Shown in pieces: positions 55,898 through 64,000 of a DNA stretch of 64,000 nucleotides. Made by a program: the position numbers and the translations under genes. The number at the start of each line of letters is the position of its first letter. Position 1 is the stretch's first letter. This DNA comes from Gammaproteobacteria bacterium. Lineage in GTDB: Bacteria; Pseudomonadota; Gammaproteobacteria; SZUA-229. The notes under the pieces were generated by a model. That model did not search any database. It had not been told where the DNA came from and saw nothing but the letters and a program-made list of their open reading frames with translations. Where the stretch lies: the NCBI GenBank assembly GCA_029881275.1, contig JAOUMX010000002.1:1484-65483 (forward strand). Reading direction: 5' to 3'.

Positions 55898-58051
55898 ATG
55901 AACAAGACACATCAACTGATGCAATTCATGGCAAAGAAATTATTTAAAATTTCTCTAACTATACCAGTTTTATTATTTTGCCTGAACGGTGTTGCAGCAG
56001 CAGAGCCTAATGCGATACGCGATATCACCTATAATTCTTTGCCCGGCAATAGAATACAGATTCATATCGACTTCAATCAGTCCGCAGAAAAACCTTTAAG
56101 TTTTACTATCGATAATCCTGCAAGAATTGCCTTTGATTTCAATAATACAATCAGTCAACTTGAACAGCGCAAACTACCTATCGGTCTTGGCATAGCGCAA
56201 TCGGTAACAACCGTTACCGCCAAAGAAAAAACTCGCGTTATTCTGAACCTTACCGAAACTGTTCCCTATCAAATCACAACTAATGACAAACGTGTCTCTA
56301 TTATATTAGACAGCGAAGGTACCGATACCATTAGCACGGCGAAATACGCAGACTCTCAGGGAAGATTTTCATCCGGTGAAAAAGCTGTTTCTAAAATTGA
56401 TTTTAGACGAGGCGAAAAAGGCGAAGGCCGCGTCATGATTGACTTAACAGATGCCAGCATTCCTATGGATATCACCGAGGAGTTTGGCAAGATTGTAGTG
56501 ACATTTGTAAACACCAATTTATCAAAAGAACTTCATCAACGACTGGATGTACTGGATTTCGCCACACCGGTAAAAGCTATCGACAGCTTTATTCGTGACG
56601 GCAACACACGCATAGAAATCGAAGCCAGTACACGTGACTTCGAACACCTTGCTTACCAAACCAATAAAACCTTTACTATAGAGCTTATTCCTGTATCCAA
56701 GGAAGATCTGGAAGCATTGCAAAAAGCAAAATTTGGTTACACTGGCGAACGTCTGTCATTAAATTTCCAGGACATTCCCGTTCGTGCCGTATTACAATTA
56801 ATTGCCGACTTCACCGGACTTAATGTTGTTGTCAGTGACTCAGTCGATGGCAATCTGACTTTACGTTTAAAGAATGTACCCTGGGATCAGGCATTAGCCA
56901 TCATCCTGAAAGCAAAAGGCTTATCCAAACGTGAATCAGGCAATGTTATTTTAATTGCCCCCAGCGAAGAAATTGCTGCCCAGGAAAAACTCGATCTGGA
57001 AGCACAACAACAGGTTGTTGAGCTGGCACCATTAAGAACCGCTTTCTTTACCATTAATTTTGCCAAAGTGTCAGACTTGTCTGCCTTATTTACTGCCACA
57101 GGCGGAGAAGGCGAAGAAGCATCAACAAGCATTTTATCGCCAAGAGGCAGTGCCATTACTGACCAGAGAACAAACACGATTATTATAAAAGATACGGAAG
57201 AAGTTATTTCAGAAGTAAGACGTCTGTTAACAAAACTTGATGTCCCTATTCGCCAGGTGTTAATCGAATCACGCATTGTTATCGCAACTGATGACTTTAA
57301 AAAGGAAATGGGCGTAAGATTTGGTACCAATAGTGTTTCTGCAAATGGCACTGATGGTATAAGCGCCACATCAGGCACCTTCAGCGGCACTAGCTATGTA
57401 TCAAATCAGGCGCTTGATAATCTGGTAAACACAGGCACAACCCTGCCTGCGACTCCAGCTCTTGGTACGGATCGATTAAATGTCAATATGCCTGTTACCG
57501 GTGCGGCCGGCAGTATTGCATTTACCATTTTATCCGGTGGCAATTTACTCGACCTGGAACTGTCTGCACTTCAGGCAGAAAACAATGGCGAAGTGGTTTC
57601 CAGCCCACGCGTCGTCACGTCTGACCGTCATGAAGCCTTTATCGAACAGGGTGTAGAAATACCTTATCTTTCTGCAGCTTCTAGTGGTGCCACCACGGTT
57701 GAATTCAAAAAAGCGGTACTCAGCATAAAAGTAACCCCACAAATTACACCTGATGACCGGATCATTATGGATTTACAGGTTAATAAAGATGCTGTCGGTG
57801 AAGTCTTTAGTGGCATCCCCAGCGTTGACACCCGTGAAGTTACCACACAGGTACTGGTTAACAACGGTGACACCATTGTGCTGGGCGGCATATATGAAAC
57901 CGAATCACGTGATGAACTGGACAAGGTACCATTTTTAGGCGACCTGCCCCTAATTGGCAGCCTGTTTAGACATTCACTGGAATCAATTCAAAAGCAGGAA
58001 CTGTTGATATTTGTTACGCCGAAGATTCTTAAAGAATCATTATCACTCTAA
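55898..58051 (+). CDS. pilQ: type IV pilus secretin PilQ
   Basis: Signal peptide, AMIN-like N-terminal repeats and a C-terminal secretin domain (VVVSDSVDGNLTLRLKNV...). The ATG at 55898 has a GGAG Shine-Dalgarno. Confidence 0.92.
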   Translation: MNKTHQLMQFMAKKLFKISLTIPVLLFCLNGVAAAEPNAIRDITYNSLPGNRIQIHIDFNQSAEKPLSFTIDNPARIAFDFNNTISQLEQRKLPIGLGIAQSVTTVTAKEKTRVILNLTETVPYQITTNDKRVSIILDSEGTDTISTAKYADSQGRFSSGEKAVSKIDFRRGEKGEGRVMIDLTDASIPMDITEEFGKIVVTFVNTNLSKELHQRLDVLDFATPVKAIDSFIRDGNTRIEIEASTRDFEHLAYQTNKTFTIELIPVSKEDLEALQKAKFGYTGERLSLNFQDIPVRAVLQLIADFTGLNVVVSDSVDGNLTLRLKNVPWDQALAIILKAKGLSKRESGNVILIAPSEEIAAQEKLDLEAQQQVVELAPLRTAFFTINFAKVSDLSALFTATGGEGEEASTSILSPRGSAITDQRTNTIIIKDTEEVISEVRRLLTKLDVPIRQVLIESRIVIATDDFKKEMGVRFGTNSVSANGTDGISATSGTFSGTSYVSNQALDNLVNTGTTLPATPALGTDRLNVNMPVTGAAGSIAFTILSGGNLLDLELSALQAENNGEVVSSPRVVTSDRHEAFIEQGVEIPYLSAASSGATTVEFKKAVLSIKVTPQITPDDRIIMDLQVNKDAVGEVFSGIPSVDTREVTTQVLVNNGDTIVLGGIYETESRDELDKVPFLGDLPLIGSLFRHSLESIQKQELLIFVTPKILKESLSL

Positions 58052-58083
58052 GTCGACGTGACTGTTATCAGGAAATTATTATT

Positions 58084-59127
58084 ATGAATAAGATCGCTTT
58101 ACTTACATCATTAACTGTAACTATCTCTGCTTTGATGACAGGCTGCTCCAATAGTGATGTCAGTCCTTTCGCGAAAGGTGGCGGATATTCAACAAACATT
58201 ATCTCTTCAACAAATTTTGGTATTACTGCTAGCGAACTTAATCCACAGGTTCTGGAGTTCACTATTGGTAGCATCCCCGTTACCAGTGACACAACGGCCA
58301 ACTGGAATGACCTTGTAAGTACAACATCACCAGTAGAAAGTGAGATTACCGTCACTGCAGCTGATAATAATGGTGCTTTAGTCAGCTCTGGAACTGTCTA
58401 CTTTGCCACACAATATGGAATATTAAGTGCACCATCCTGTCAAATCGTTGATGGCCGCTGCTCTGTTACCTGGCAAAGTATTGCGGATATATCATATTTA
58501 TATATAGACCCCACAACAATAGACATAGTAAATAACATTACCGCATGGACAAATGGTGTCGAAGGATTTATCGATCTAGATGGAGATGATCGTTTATCCG
58601 ACAGCGAAGCTTTTTTTGATACAGAAGAGCCTTACCTGGATAGAAATGACAATGATACTTATGATGCCGCAACAGATGACACCATAATTAATACCATTCA
58701 TGCAGGCGCTAATGGCGTTTATGACGGCCCAGCATGTGATGTTACTACACGATCAGACTGTGGAAGTTCTGGATTAAAACCCATATTTGCAACTGTAAGA
58801 TTAAGACTCAATTATGAAGGCAGCACACCTGCCTTTGCAGTCACTATTGACACTCCTGCCAATGCAGCAAGTTTTGCATCTGGTGCCAGCATTAGCTTTT
58901 CGGCAACAGCAACCGATCCAGAAGATGGCAACATTACTGGTTTAAATACACCTCTTACAGGAAACAATATCGTCTGGAGTTCTGATCTTGATGGAGTATT
59001 TGGCACATCAAGCAATAACGTAGTCACTAATGCTCTGGTTACAGTTGGCACACACACTATCACGGTCACTGCTACAGATAGTAATAGCAATACAACTACT
59101 GCCACAATAGTGATAACAATTACATAA
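58084..59127 (+). CDS. lipoprotein with Ig-like (Big-type) repeats, inserted between pilQ and aroK
   Basis: Lipobox LMTGC and Thr/Ser-rich beta repeats ([21 protein letters not shown]). Only 33 bp separate it from the pilQ stop. Confidence 0.55.
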   Translation: MNKIALLTSLTVTISALMTGCSNSDVSPFAKGGGYSTNIISSTNFGITASELNPQVLEFTIGSIPVTSDTTANWNDLVSTTSPVESEITVTAADNNGALVSSGTVYFATQYGILSAPSCQIVDGRCSVTWQSIADISYLYIDPTTIDIVNNITAWTNGVEGFIDLDGDDRLSDSEAFFDTEEPYLDRNDNDTYDAATDDTIINTIHAGANGVYDGPACDVTTRSDCGSSGLKPIFATVRLRLNYEGSTPAFAVTIDTPANAASFASGASISFSATATDPEDGNITGLNTPLTGNNIVWSSDLDGVFGTSSNNVVTNALVTVGTHTITVTATDSNSNTTTATIVITIT

Positions 59128-59195
59128 GGGTAATCAATAGTTTATTCATTAGCCTCTCTATTATTAAAAAAACAAAGAGGGGCACCTGGACTATA

Positions 59196-59726
59196 ATGAC
59201 CAAAACTAACATCTTCCTCATCGGCCCCATGGGTGCAGGCAAAACCACCATGGGGCGTCAACTTGCCAGAAAACTCCATTTCCAGTTCTACGATAGCGAT
59301 CATGTTATTGAAGAGCGCACCGGTGCCGATATTCCTCTGATATTTGAAAAAGAAGGCGAAGATGGCTTTCGCAAAAGAGAGCAGCAGGTTATTGACGAAT
59401 TAACTCAAATGGATAATATCGTGCTTGCCACGGGCGGCGGTGCGATTTTATTGCCAGAAAATAGACAGAACCTCAAAAACAGAGGTACGGTTATTTACCT
59501 GCACAGTCATATTGAGCACTTAATCGAACGCACCCGACACGATAAAAACAGGCCTTTATTACAAACCAATGATCCTGAAGCCAAACTCAGGGAATTAATG
59601 AAAATCCGCGAACCATTATACAAGGAAACCGCTGATATCATTATTAATACCGGGAAAAAGTCGATTCGGTCAGTAATAAGCGCTATTCTTGATAAATTAC
59701 AGTCTAAGAAGAAAATTAAACACTAA
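59196..59726 (+). CDS. aroK: shikimate kinase
   Basis: [14 protein letters not shown]. Confidence 0.92.
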   Translation: MTKTNIFLIGPMGAGKTTMGRQLARKLHFQFYDSDHVIEERTGADIPLIFEKEGEDGFRKREQQVIDELTQMDNIVLATGGGAILLPENRQNLKNRGTVIYLHSHIEHLIERTRHDKNRPLLQTNDPEAKLRELMKIREPLYKETADIIINTGKKSIRSVISAILDKLQSKKKIKH

Positions 59727-60802
59727 TGATTTCATTAAAAGTTGATCTCGGTGAACGCAGTTACCCCATCCTTATCGGTAAAAACCTGCTTGATAAAGAA
59801 GGCTTGCTGCAACAGTATATTCCCGGCAATAGCGCACTGATTGTTAGCAATGAAACTGTAGCCCCACTGTATCTGGACAGAGTGGTTAACTCACTCAAAA
59901 ATATCAATGTTAAAACCCTGGTTTTGCCCGATGGTGAAAAATATAAAAACCAGGACACGTTAAACACCATCTACGACTGTTTATTAACCAACCGACTCGA
60001 TCGCAATACCACACTTATCGCATTAGGCGGTGGTGTGATTGGTGATCTTACCGGTTTTGCAGCCGCCAGCTATCAGCGCGGCGTTCATTTTATTCAAATC
60101 CCGACTACCCTGCTTGCCCAGGTTGATTCATCTGTCGGCGGCAAGACCGGCATCAATCACCCGATGGGGAAAAATATGATTGGTGCTTTTTACCAGCCAA
60201 GAGCTGTCATTGCCGATACAGAAACCCTGCGCACGCTGGAAGACCGTGAACTTAGCTCGGGCATTGCAGAAGTAATTAAATACGGTCTGATACGTGACAT
60301 CGAATTTCTTCAATGGCTAGAAGCCAACATTGATAAATTACTCAACAGAAACACCGTTGCCCTGGCTTACGCCATTGACCGCTCATGTAAAAACAAGGCC
60401 GAAATCGTCGCTGCTGACGAAAGAGAAGGTGGCCAGAGAGCCCTGCTGAATCTGGGGCATACCTTTGGACACGCCATAGAAACCGGTATGGGGTATGGTA
60501 ACTGGCTTCATGGTGAAGCTGTTGCCAGTGGCATGATCATGGCTGCGCGCCTGTCACAACACCTGGGAAAAATTTCTACTGACGATGTCAATCGCGTTGT
60601 TAACATAATAGAACGCGCCCATTTACCTGTGAATGCACCTGATAAAATGTCTCCAGAAAAATTTATTGAATTAATGTCCATCGATAAAAAAGTTTCTGAT
60701 GGCGTTTTAAAACTGGTGTTATTTGAATCCATTGGTAAAGCGATTATCACCAGTGATTACTCACAAGAAGCGCTTATTGAGGCCATAAAAGAAAGCTATT
60801 AA
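59726..60802 (+). CDS. aroB: 3-dehydroquinate synthase
   Basis: [13 protein letters not shown] and metal-binding His motifs. Confidence 0.92.
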   Translation: MISLKVDLGERSYPILIGKNLLDKEGLLQQYIPGNSALIVSNETVAPLYLDRVVNSLKNINVKTLVLPDGEKYKNQDTLNTIYDCLLTNRLDRNTTLIALGGGVIGDLTGFAAASYQRGVHFIQIPTTLLAQVDSSVGGKTGINHPMGKNMIGAFYQPRAVIADTETLRTLEDRELSSGIAEVIKYGLIRDIEFLQWLEANIDKLLNRNTVALAYAIDRSCKNKAEIVAADEREGGQRALLNLGHTFGHAIETGMGYGNWLHGEAVASGMIMAARLSQHLGKISTDDVNRVVNIIERAHLPVNAPDKMSPEKFIELMSIDKKVSDGVLKLVLFESIGKAIITSDYSQEALIEAIKESY

Positions 60803-60807
60803 AAATT

Positions 60808-61995
60808 ATGGATAGTGGTTACGACCCCAACAACCTGGCACCCTATGCATGCAGTGACAAAACTTCACGAGGACGGATCTATAGTGAAGCGCCACCCGTT
60901 CATCGCAATAACTATCAACGGGACAGAGATCGTATAATACATTCCGCGGCTTTCCGACGACTGGAATACAAAACACAGGTATTTGTAAATCATGAAGGCG
61001 ATTTATTTCGAACCCGCCTGACACATTCACTGGAAGTTTCACAAATTGCCCGCTCCATTGCCCGCGAACTCCATCTACATGAAGACCTGGCAGAAACTAT
61101 TGCTCTCGCCCATGATCTGGGGCATGCACCTTTTGGTCACGCGGGACAGGATGCGCTGAACCGCTGCATGAAAAATTACGGTGGCTTTGAACACAATCTT
61201 CAGTCATTACGGGTCGTCGATAAGCTTGAAGAAAAATACGCTGATTTTCCCGGACTGAACCTGACCTACGAATCAAGAGAAGGGATCTTAAAACACTGCT
61301 CAACAAAAGACGCCAAACAACTGGGCGATCTGGGTCAACGCTTTATTGAAAAAAACCAGACCTCACTTGAAGCACAGGCATGTGATCTTGCCGATGAAAT
61401 TGCCTACAACAATCACGACATAGATGATGGCCTGCGCTATGGTCTGATCACCATCAACCAGCTTCTAGAAACAAAAATATTTCGTGATCAATACGAAGCA
61501 GTCAACAAACAACACCCTGACATTAGTCAGCGCAAACAGATTCATGAAATTATCCGCCGCATGATTAACCGCATGGTGGTAGACCTTATCGAAACCAGCA
61601 AAGCCCAATTATCCAAACTCAATTTACAGCATCCTGATGAGGCAAGAAGCCAGAAAAACTATATCATCAGTTTTAGCGAAGAAATCCGTGAACAAAACCT
61701 GGAGCTAAAACGTTTTCTAAGACAGCATCTTTATCGTCATTATCGCGTTCAGCGCATGACTAATAAAGCCGAAAATGTTCTGACTTCTTTATTTGATGCA
61801 TTCATAGAAGAACCCAACATTCTTCCCCCTGAAGCAAAAAAACATTGTGATCAACTGGCAATCAAAAATAAAAAAACAGGAATAGCCAGAGGTATAGCCG
61901 ATTATATTGCAGGCATGACTGATCGTTATGCCATAGTTGAATACGAAAGAATTTTTAATCCCAGACAATTATCATTTGTTAATCTCATTCCTTAA
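60808..61995 (+). CDS. dGTPase-like HD-domain deoxynucleoside triphosphate triphosphohydrolase
   Basis: [10 protein letters not shown]...[12 protein letters not shown] motif. Confidence 0.8.
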   Translation: MDSGYDPNNLAPYACSDKTSRGRIYSEAPPVHRNNYQRDRDRIIHSAAFRRLEYKTQVFVNHEGDLFRTRLTHSLEVSQIARSIARELHLHEDLAETIALAHDLGHAPFGHAGQDALNRCMKNYGGFEHNLQSLRVVDKLEEKYADFPGLNLTYESREGILKHCSTKDAKQLGDLGQRFIEKNQTSLEAQACDLADEIAYNNHDIDDGLRYGLITINQLLETKIFRDQYEAVNKQHPDISQRKQIHEIIRRMINRMVVDLIETSKAQLSKLNLQHPDEARSQKNYIISFSEEIREQNLELKRFLRQHLYRHYRVQRMTNKAENVLTSLFDAFIEEPNILPPEAKKHCDQLAIKNKKTGIARGIADYIAGMTDRYAIVEYERIFNPRQLSFVNLIP

Positions 61996-62012
61996 CTAAT
62001 GGAACATGGATA

Positions 62013-63716
62013 ATGGCAAAAAAAGAACAGCCACAGCAAAAATTAGTATTCAGCGCTAATGCTTTAGAGGCCATGGGCCTGAGCAAACAACCTTTTATCA
62101 GTGCTGTTCTTTCTGATAATGAAATCTACCTTGATTCTGTTATTACACAACTGATTGCCTCCCTTAATCATCATATGCAATTCAGCCCTCTACTACTCAT
62201 CGTAGAAGGTCCCTACGGTAGCGGCAAAACCACTTTATTTCGTTATATATCCCAATCCGACATAACCAATATAAAATTATTACCCGTTCATGCAGAAGCC
62301 TCAGATACCCTGGTTCAACTACAGCACAAAATGTCTTTTCACCTGCAGGATCTGGGTGATGCCAACCACCTGGACGACAACCTCAAACACCTGAAAACAT
62401 TTGATAATATTCCTGTTCTTGTTATTGATGACGCTCACACACTCAGCGATACTGTCCTGCAGGAACTTTTTCGCTACAAAACCTTATTGCAGCAGGAAAA
62501 AGAAATTGAATTAAAAATCCTTTTAATTGCCAATCCCGGCATGTCTGAAACCATCGAAAAAATCAGCGGCCTTCAACATAATCAGCTCTATGTTCAAACC
62601 ATGCCTGTTTTCACTGACAAACAGATTCTTAATTTCTGCCAGCATCGCCTTTTATCTGCGGGCTATTCTGGGCAACCATTACTAGATAAAAGTAATGCAC
62701 AGCTCATCTTAAAAAAGAGCAACGGCATACCAGGAGCAATACTTGAAATAGCACTCAAGGTTATCGAAAAAAATTTAAAAAAGAAAACCAAGTCTGAACG
62801 CTCAATAAATAAACTACTGATTCCGGCCGCTGCTTTACTACTGATTAGTATCGGTGCGGGTGTTTTTTTTCTAATCTCAACACAGCCAGACAGCAGTGAA
62901 CCTGTTAAATATACCGCACCGGTTATGGAGAAAACCAAGCCCGCTCCACTTGAACCCCATACAAAGCCCAAAGCAATCACACAAAAAGCCGTTGCCCGTC
63001 AACAGGCCTCAGAACAGGATATGGCTAACACCGAAGACGAAACCAGAACCGCGCCTGCTCTTGAAAAATCAGAACCGCTGACTGACAGTGATGCACTGCA
63101 ATCACCAGAACAACCGGCACAACCAGAAACACCGGATCAACCACCATCACCATCCATACCTGTGATACCTGAACCACCAGAAGAGCCGGAAATTGCGGTG
63201 ACCACAACGCCTCTGGTATCGGACAACGCCATCAACCTGCCAGACGAAAAAACTGACACATTGGTTGCCAGCACCGCTTTAACAAATGAGCCTAAGAAAA
63301 CGCTTAAAAAAGCAGCCGAATTAGATCAAGTCATAACAGAAACAAAACCGGTAATTAAAACCAAGCCCGCCATCACCAGCGCGCCGACTTCCCACCCTGC
63401 TTTATCACAACTGGCAGCACTAGGCATGCACGACAAAAACTGGCTATTAAAGCAAAATAGCGGTCACTGGACATTACAGGTACTGGGGGCAAGAGATCCG
63501 GATACATTAGTGAATTTCGCCAGACTGCATAAACTGGGAGAAGACAGTGCCTGGTATGAAACTCAGCTCAGTGGTAATCCCTGGTATATCATCGTCTACC
63601 GTTTTTACACGGACAAAGAAATAGCGCGTAAATCCATCGATCGACTGCCTGTGGGTTTGAGACAGGCAAAACCCTGGGTTAAAAACATCGGCGACATTCA
63701 TAAAGCCATTAAATAA
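62013..63716 (+). CDS. ExeA-like AAA+ ATPase, TM helix, Pro/Glu-rich linker and C-terminal SPOR domain, in the DamX position
   Basis: Walker A EGPYGSGKTT and Walker B VLVIDDAH; TM LLIPAAALLLISIGAGVFFLI; C-terminal WTLQVLGARD...YIIVYRFYTDKEIA SPOR-like domain. Confidence 0.7.
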   Translation: MAKKEQPQQKLVFSANALEAMGLSKQPFISAVLSDNEIYLDSVITQLIASLNHHMQFSPLLLIVEGPYGSGKTTLFRYISQSDITNIKLLPVHAEASDTLVQLQHKMSFHLQDLGDANHLDDNLKHLKTFDNIPVLVIDDAHTLSDTVLQELFRYKTLLQQEKEIELKILLIANPGMSETIEKISGLQHNQLYVQTMPVFTDKQILNFCQHRLLSAGYSGQPLLDKSNAQLILKKSNGIPGAILEIALKVIEKNLKKKTKSERSINKLLIPAAALLLISIGAGVFFLISTQPDSSEPVKYTAPVMEKTKPAPLEPHTKPKAITQKAVARQQASEQDMANTEDETRTAPALEKSEPLTDSDALQSPEQPAQPETPDQPPSPSIPVIPEPPEEPEIAVTTTPLVSDNAINLPDEKTDTLVASTALTNEPKKTLKKAAELDQVITETKPVIKTKPAITSAPTSHPALSQLAALGMHDKNWLLKQNSGHWTLQVLGARDPDTLVNFARLHKLGEDSAWYETQLSGNPWYIIVYRFYTDKEIARKSIDRLPVGLRQAKPWVKNIGDIHKAIK

Positions 63717-64000
63717 TCTTATTTAATAGCATTTCATCATGCTGCTCCAACAGCATGAACAACCCAGACGAGACGGTCGCACGAGCGGATTCAAGTGCCT
63801 TCCTGGCTCATAAATCACGATAAAGGCATGCATCATTCATCAGAAAACTGGCATGCTGATGATTCAGCGCCCCACCCCCCAGTATAGATATTTGATCATC
63901 AACCCATAGAAGGGTAAAATTTCACCCCTTTTGCCTGCTGGACCGGTTCCAGCAACTAATGAACCGCTTATCGACGGTAACACGAAATTATGAGCAACAG

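Noticed and set aside
56887-57390. 167-aa antisense ORF within pilQ.
   Set aside because: It lies inside the conserved secretin coding region and is a shadow ORF.
63100-63260. Repetitive CCA/CCG-rich nucleotide stretch.
   Set aside because: It encodes the Pro/Glu-rich periplasmic linker of the AAA+/SPOR protein. It is coding low-complexity sequence, not a tandem DNA repeat element.

Overview
The window is about 40% GC and reads as a gammaproteobacterial chromosomal core region with a few accessory-looking islands; I found no tRNA or rRNA genes, CRISPR arrays, transposases or integrases. The core content, in window order, is: hisB (5' part, minus strand), dtd, ttcA, rlmG, hemW, rpmE, an SNase-like nuclease, an NAD(P)-malic enzyme, mdh, a 5'-3' exonuclease, rluE, a MarC-family membrane protein, a hydantoinase-A homolog, a GldA/F/G-like ABC transporter with a DUF4340 protein, mutM, ymdB, a 2-Cys peroxiredoxin, mpg, mogA, ggt, a YfhL ferredoxin, coaD, rsmD, two M16 peptidases, ftsYEX, rpoH, bioC-bioH, plsY, dsbB, tsaD, rpsU, yqeY, a gltD-like gene, hemE, mrcA, pilMNOPQ, aroK-aroB, a dGTPase-like gene and a DamX-position AAA+/SPOR protein. 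The most interesting part is the ORF-free 580-bp gap between dtd and ttcA. It holds a ~190-nt terminator-capped element with about 13 GGA/AGGA motifs, one of them in the terminator loop, preceded by a 16-4-16 perfect palindrome. That looks like a CsrB/RsmY/RsmZ-type CsrA-sequestering sRNA with a GacA/UvrY-style upstream box. A second, shorter terminator-capped element follows it. Other points worth a second look:
- a translationally coupled operon of an outer-membrane beta-barrel, a periplasmic protein and an inner-membrane GGDEF-EAL protein;
- a secreted protein with a MepK/YcbK-like M15 peptidase domain, coupled to a membrane-anchored periplasmic partner;
- a tandem-fused double TusE/DsrC-family protein plus a separate two-cysteine DsrC-like protein;
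- a REC-REC regulator inserted into the conserved ftsYEX-rpoH block;
- an Ig-repeat lipoprotein and an ExeA-like AAA+/SPOR protein flanking the pilQ-aroKB block.
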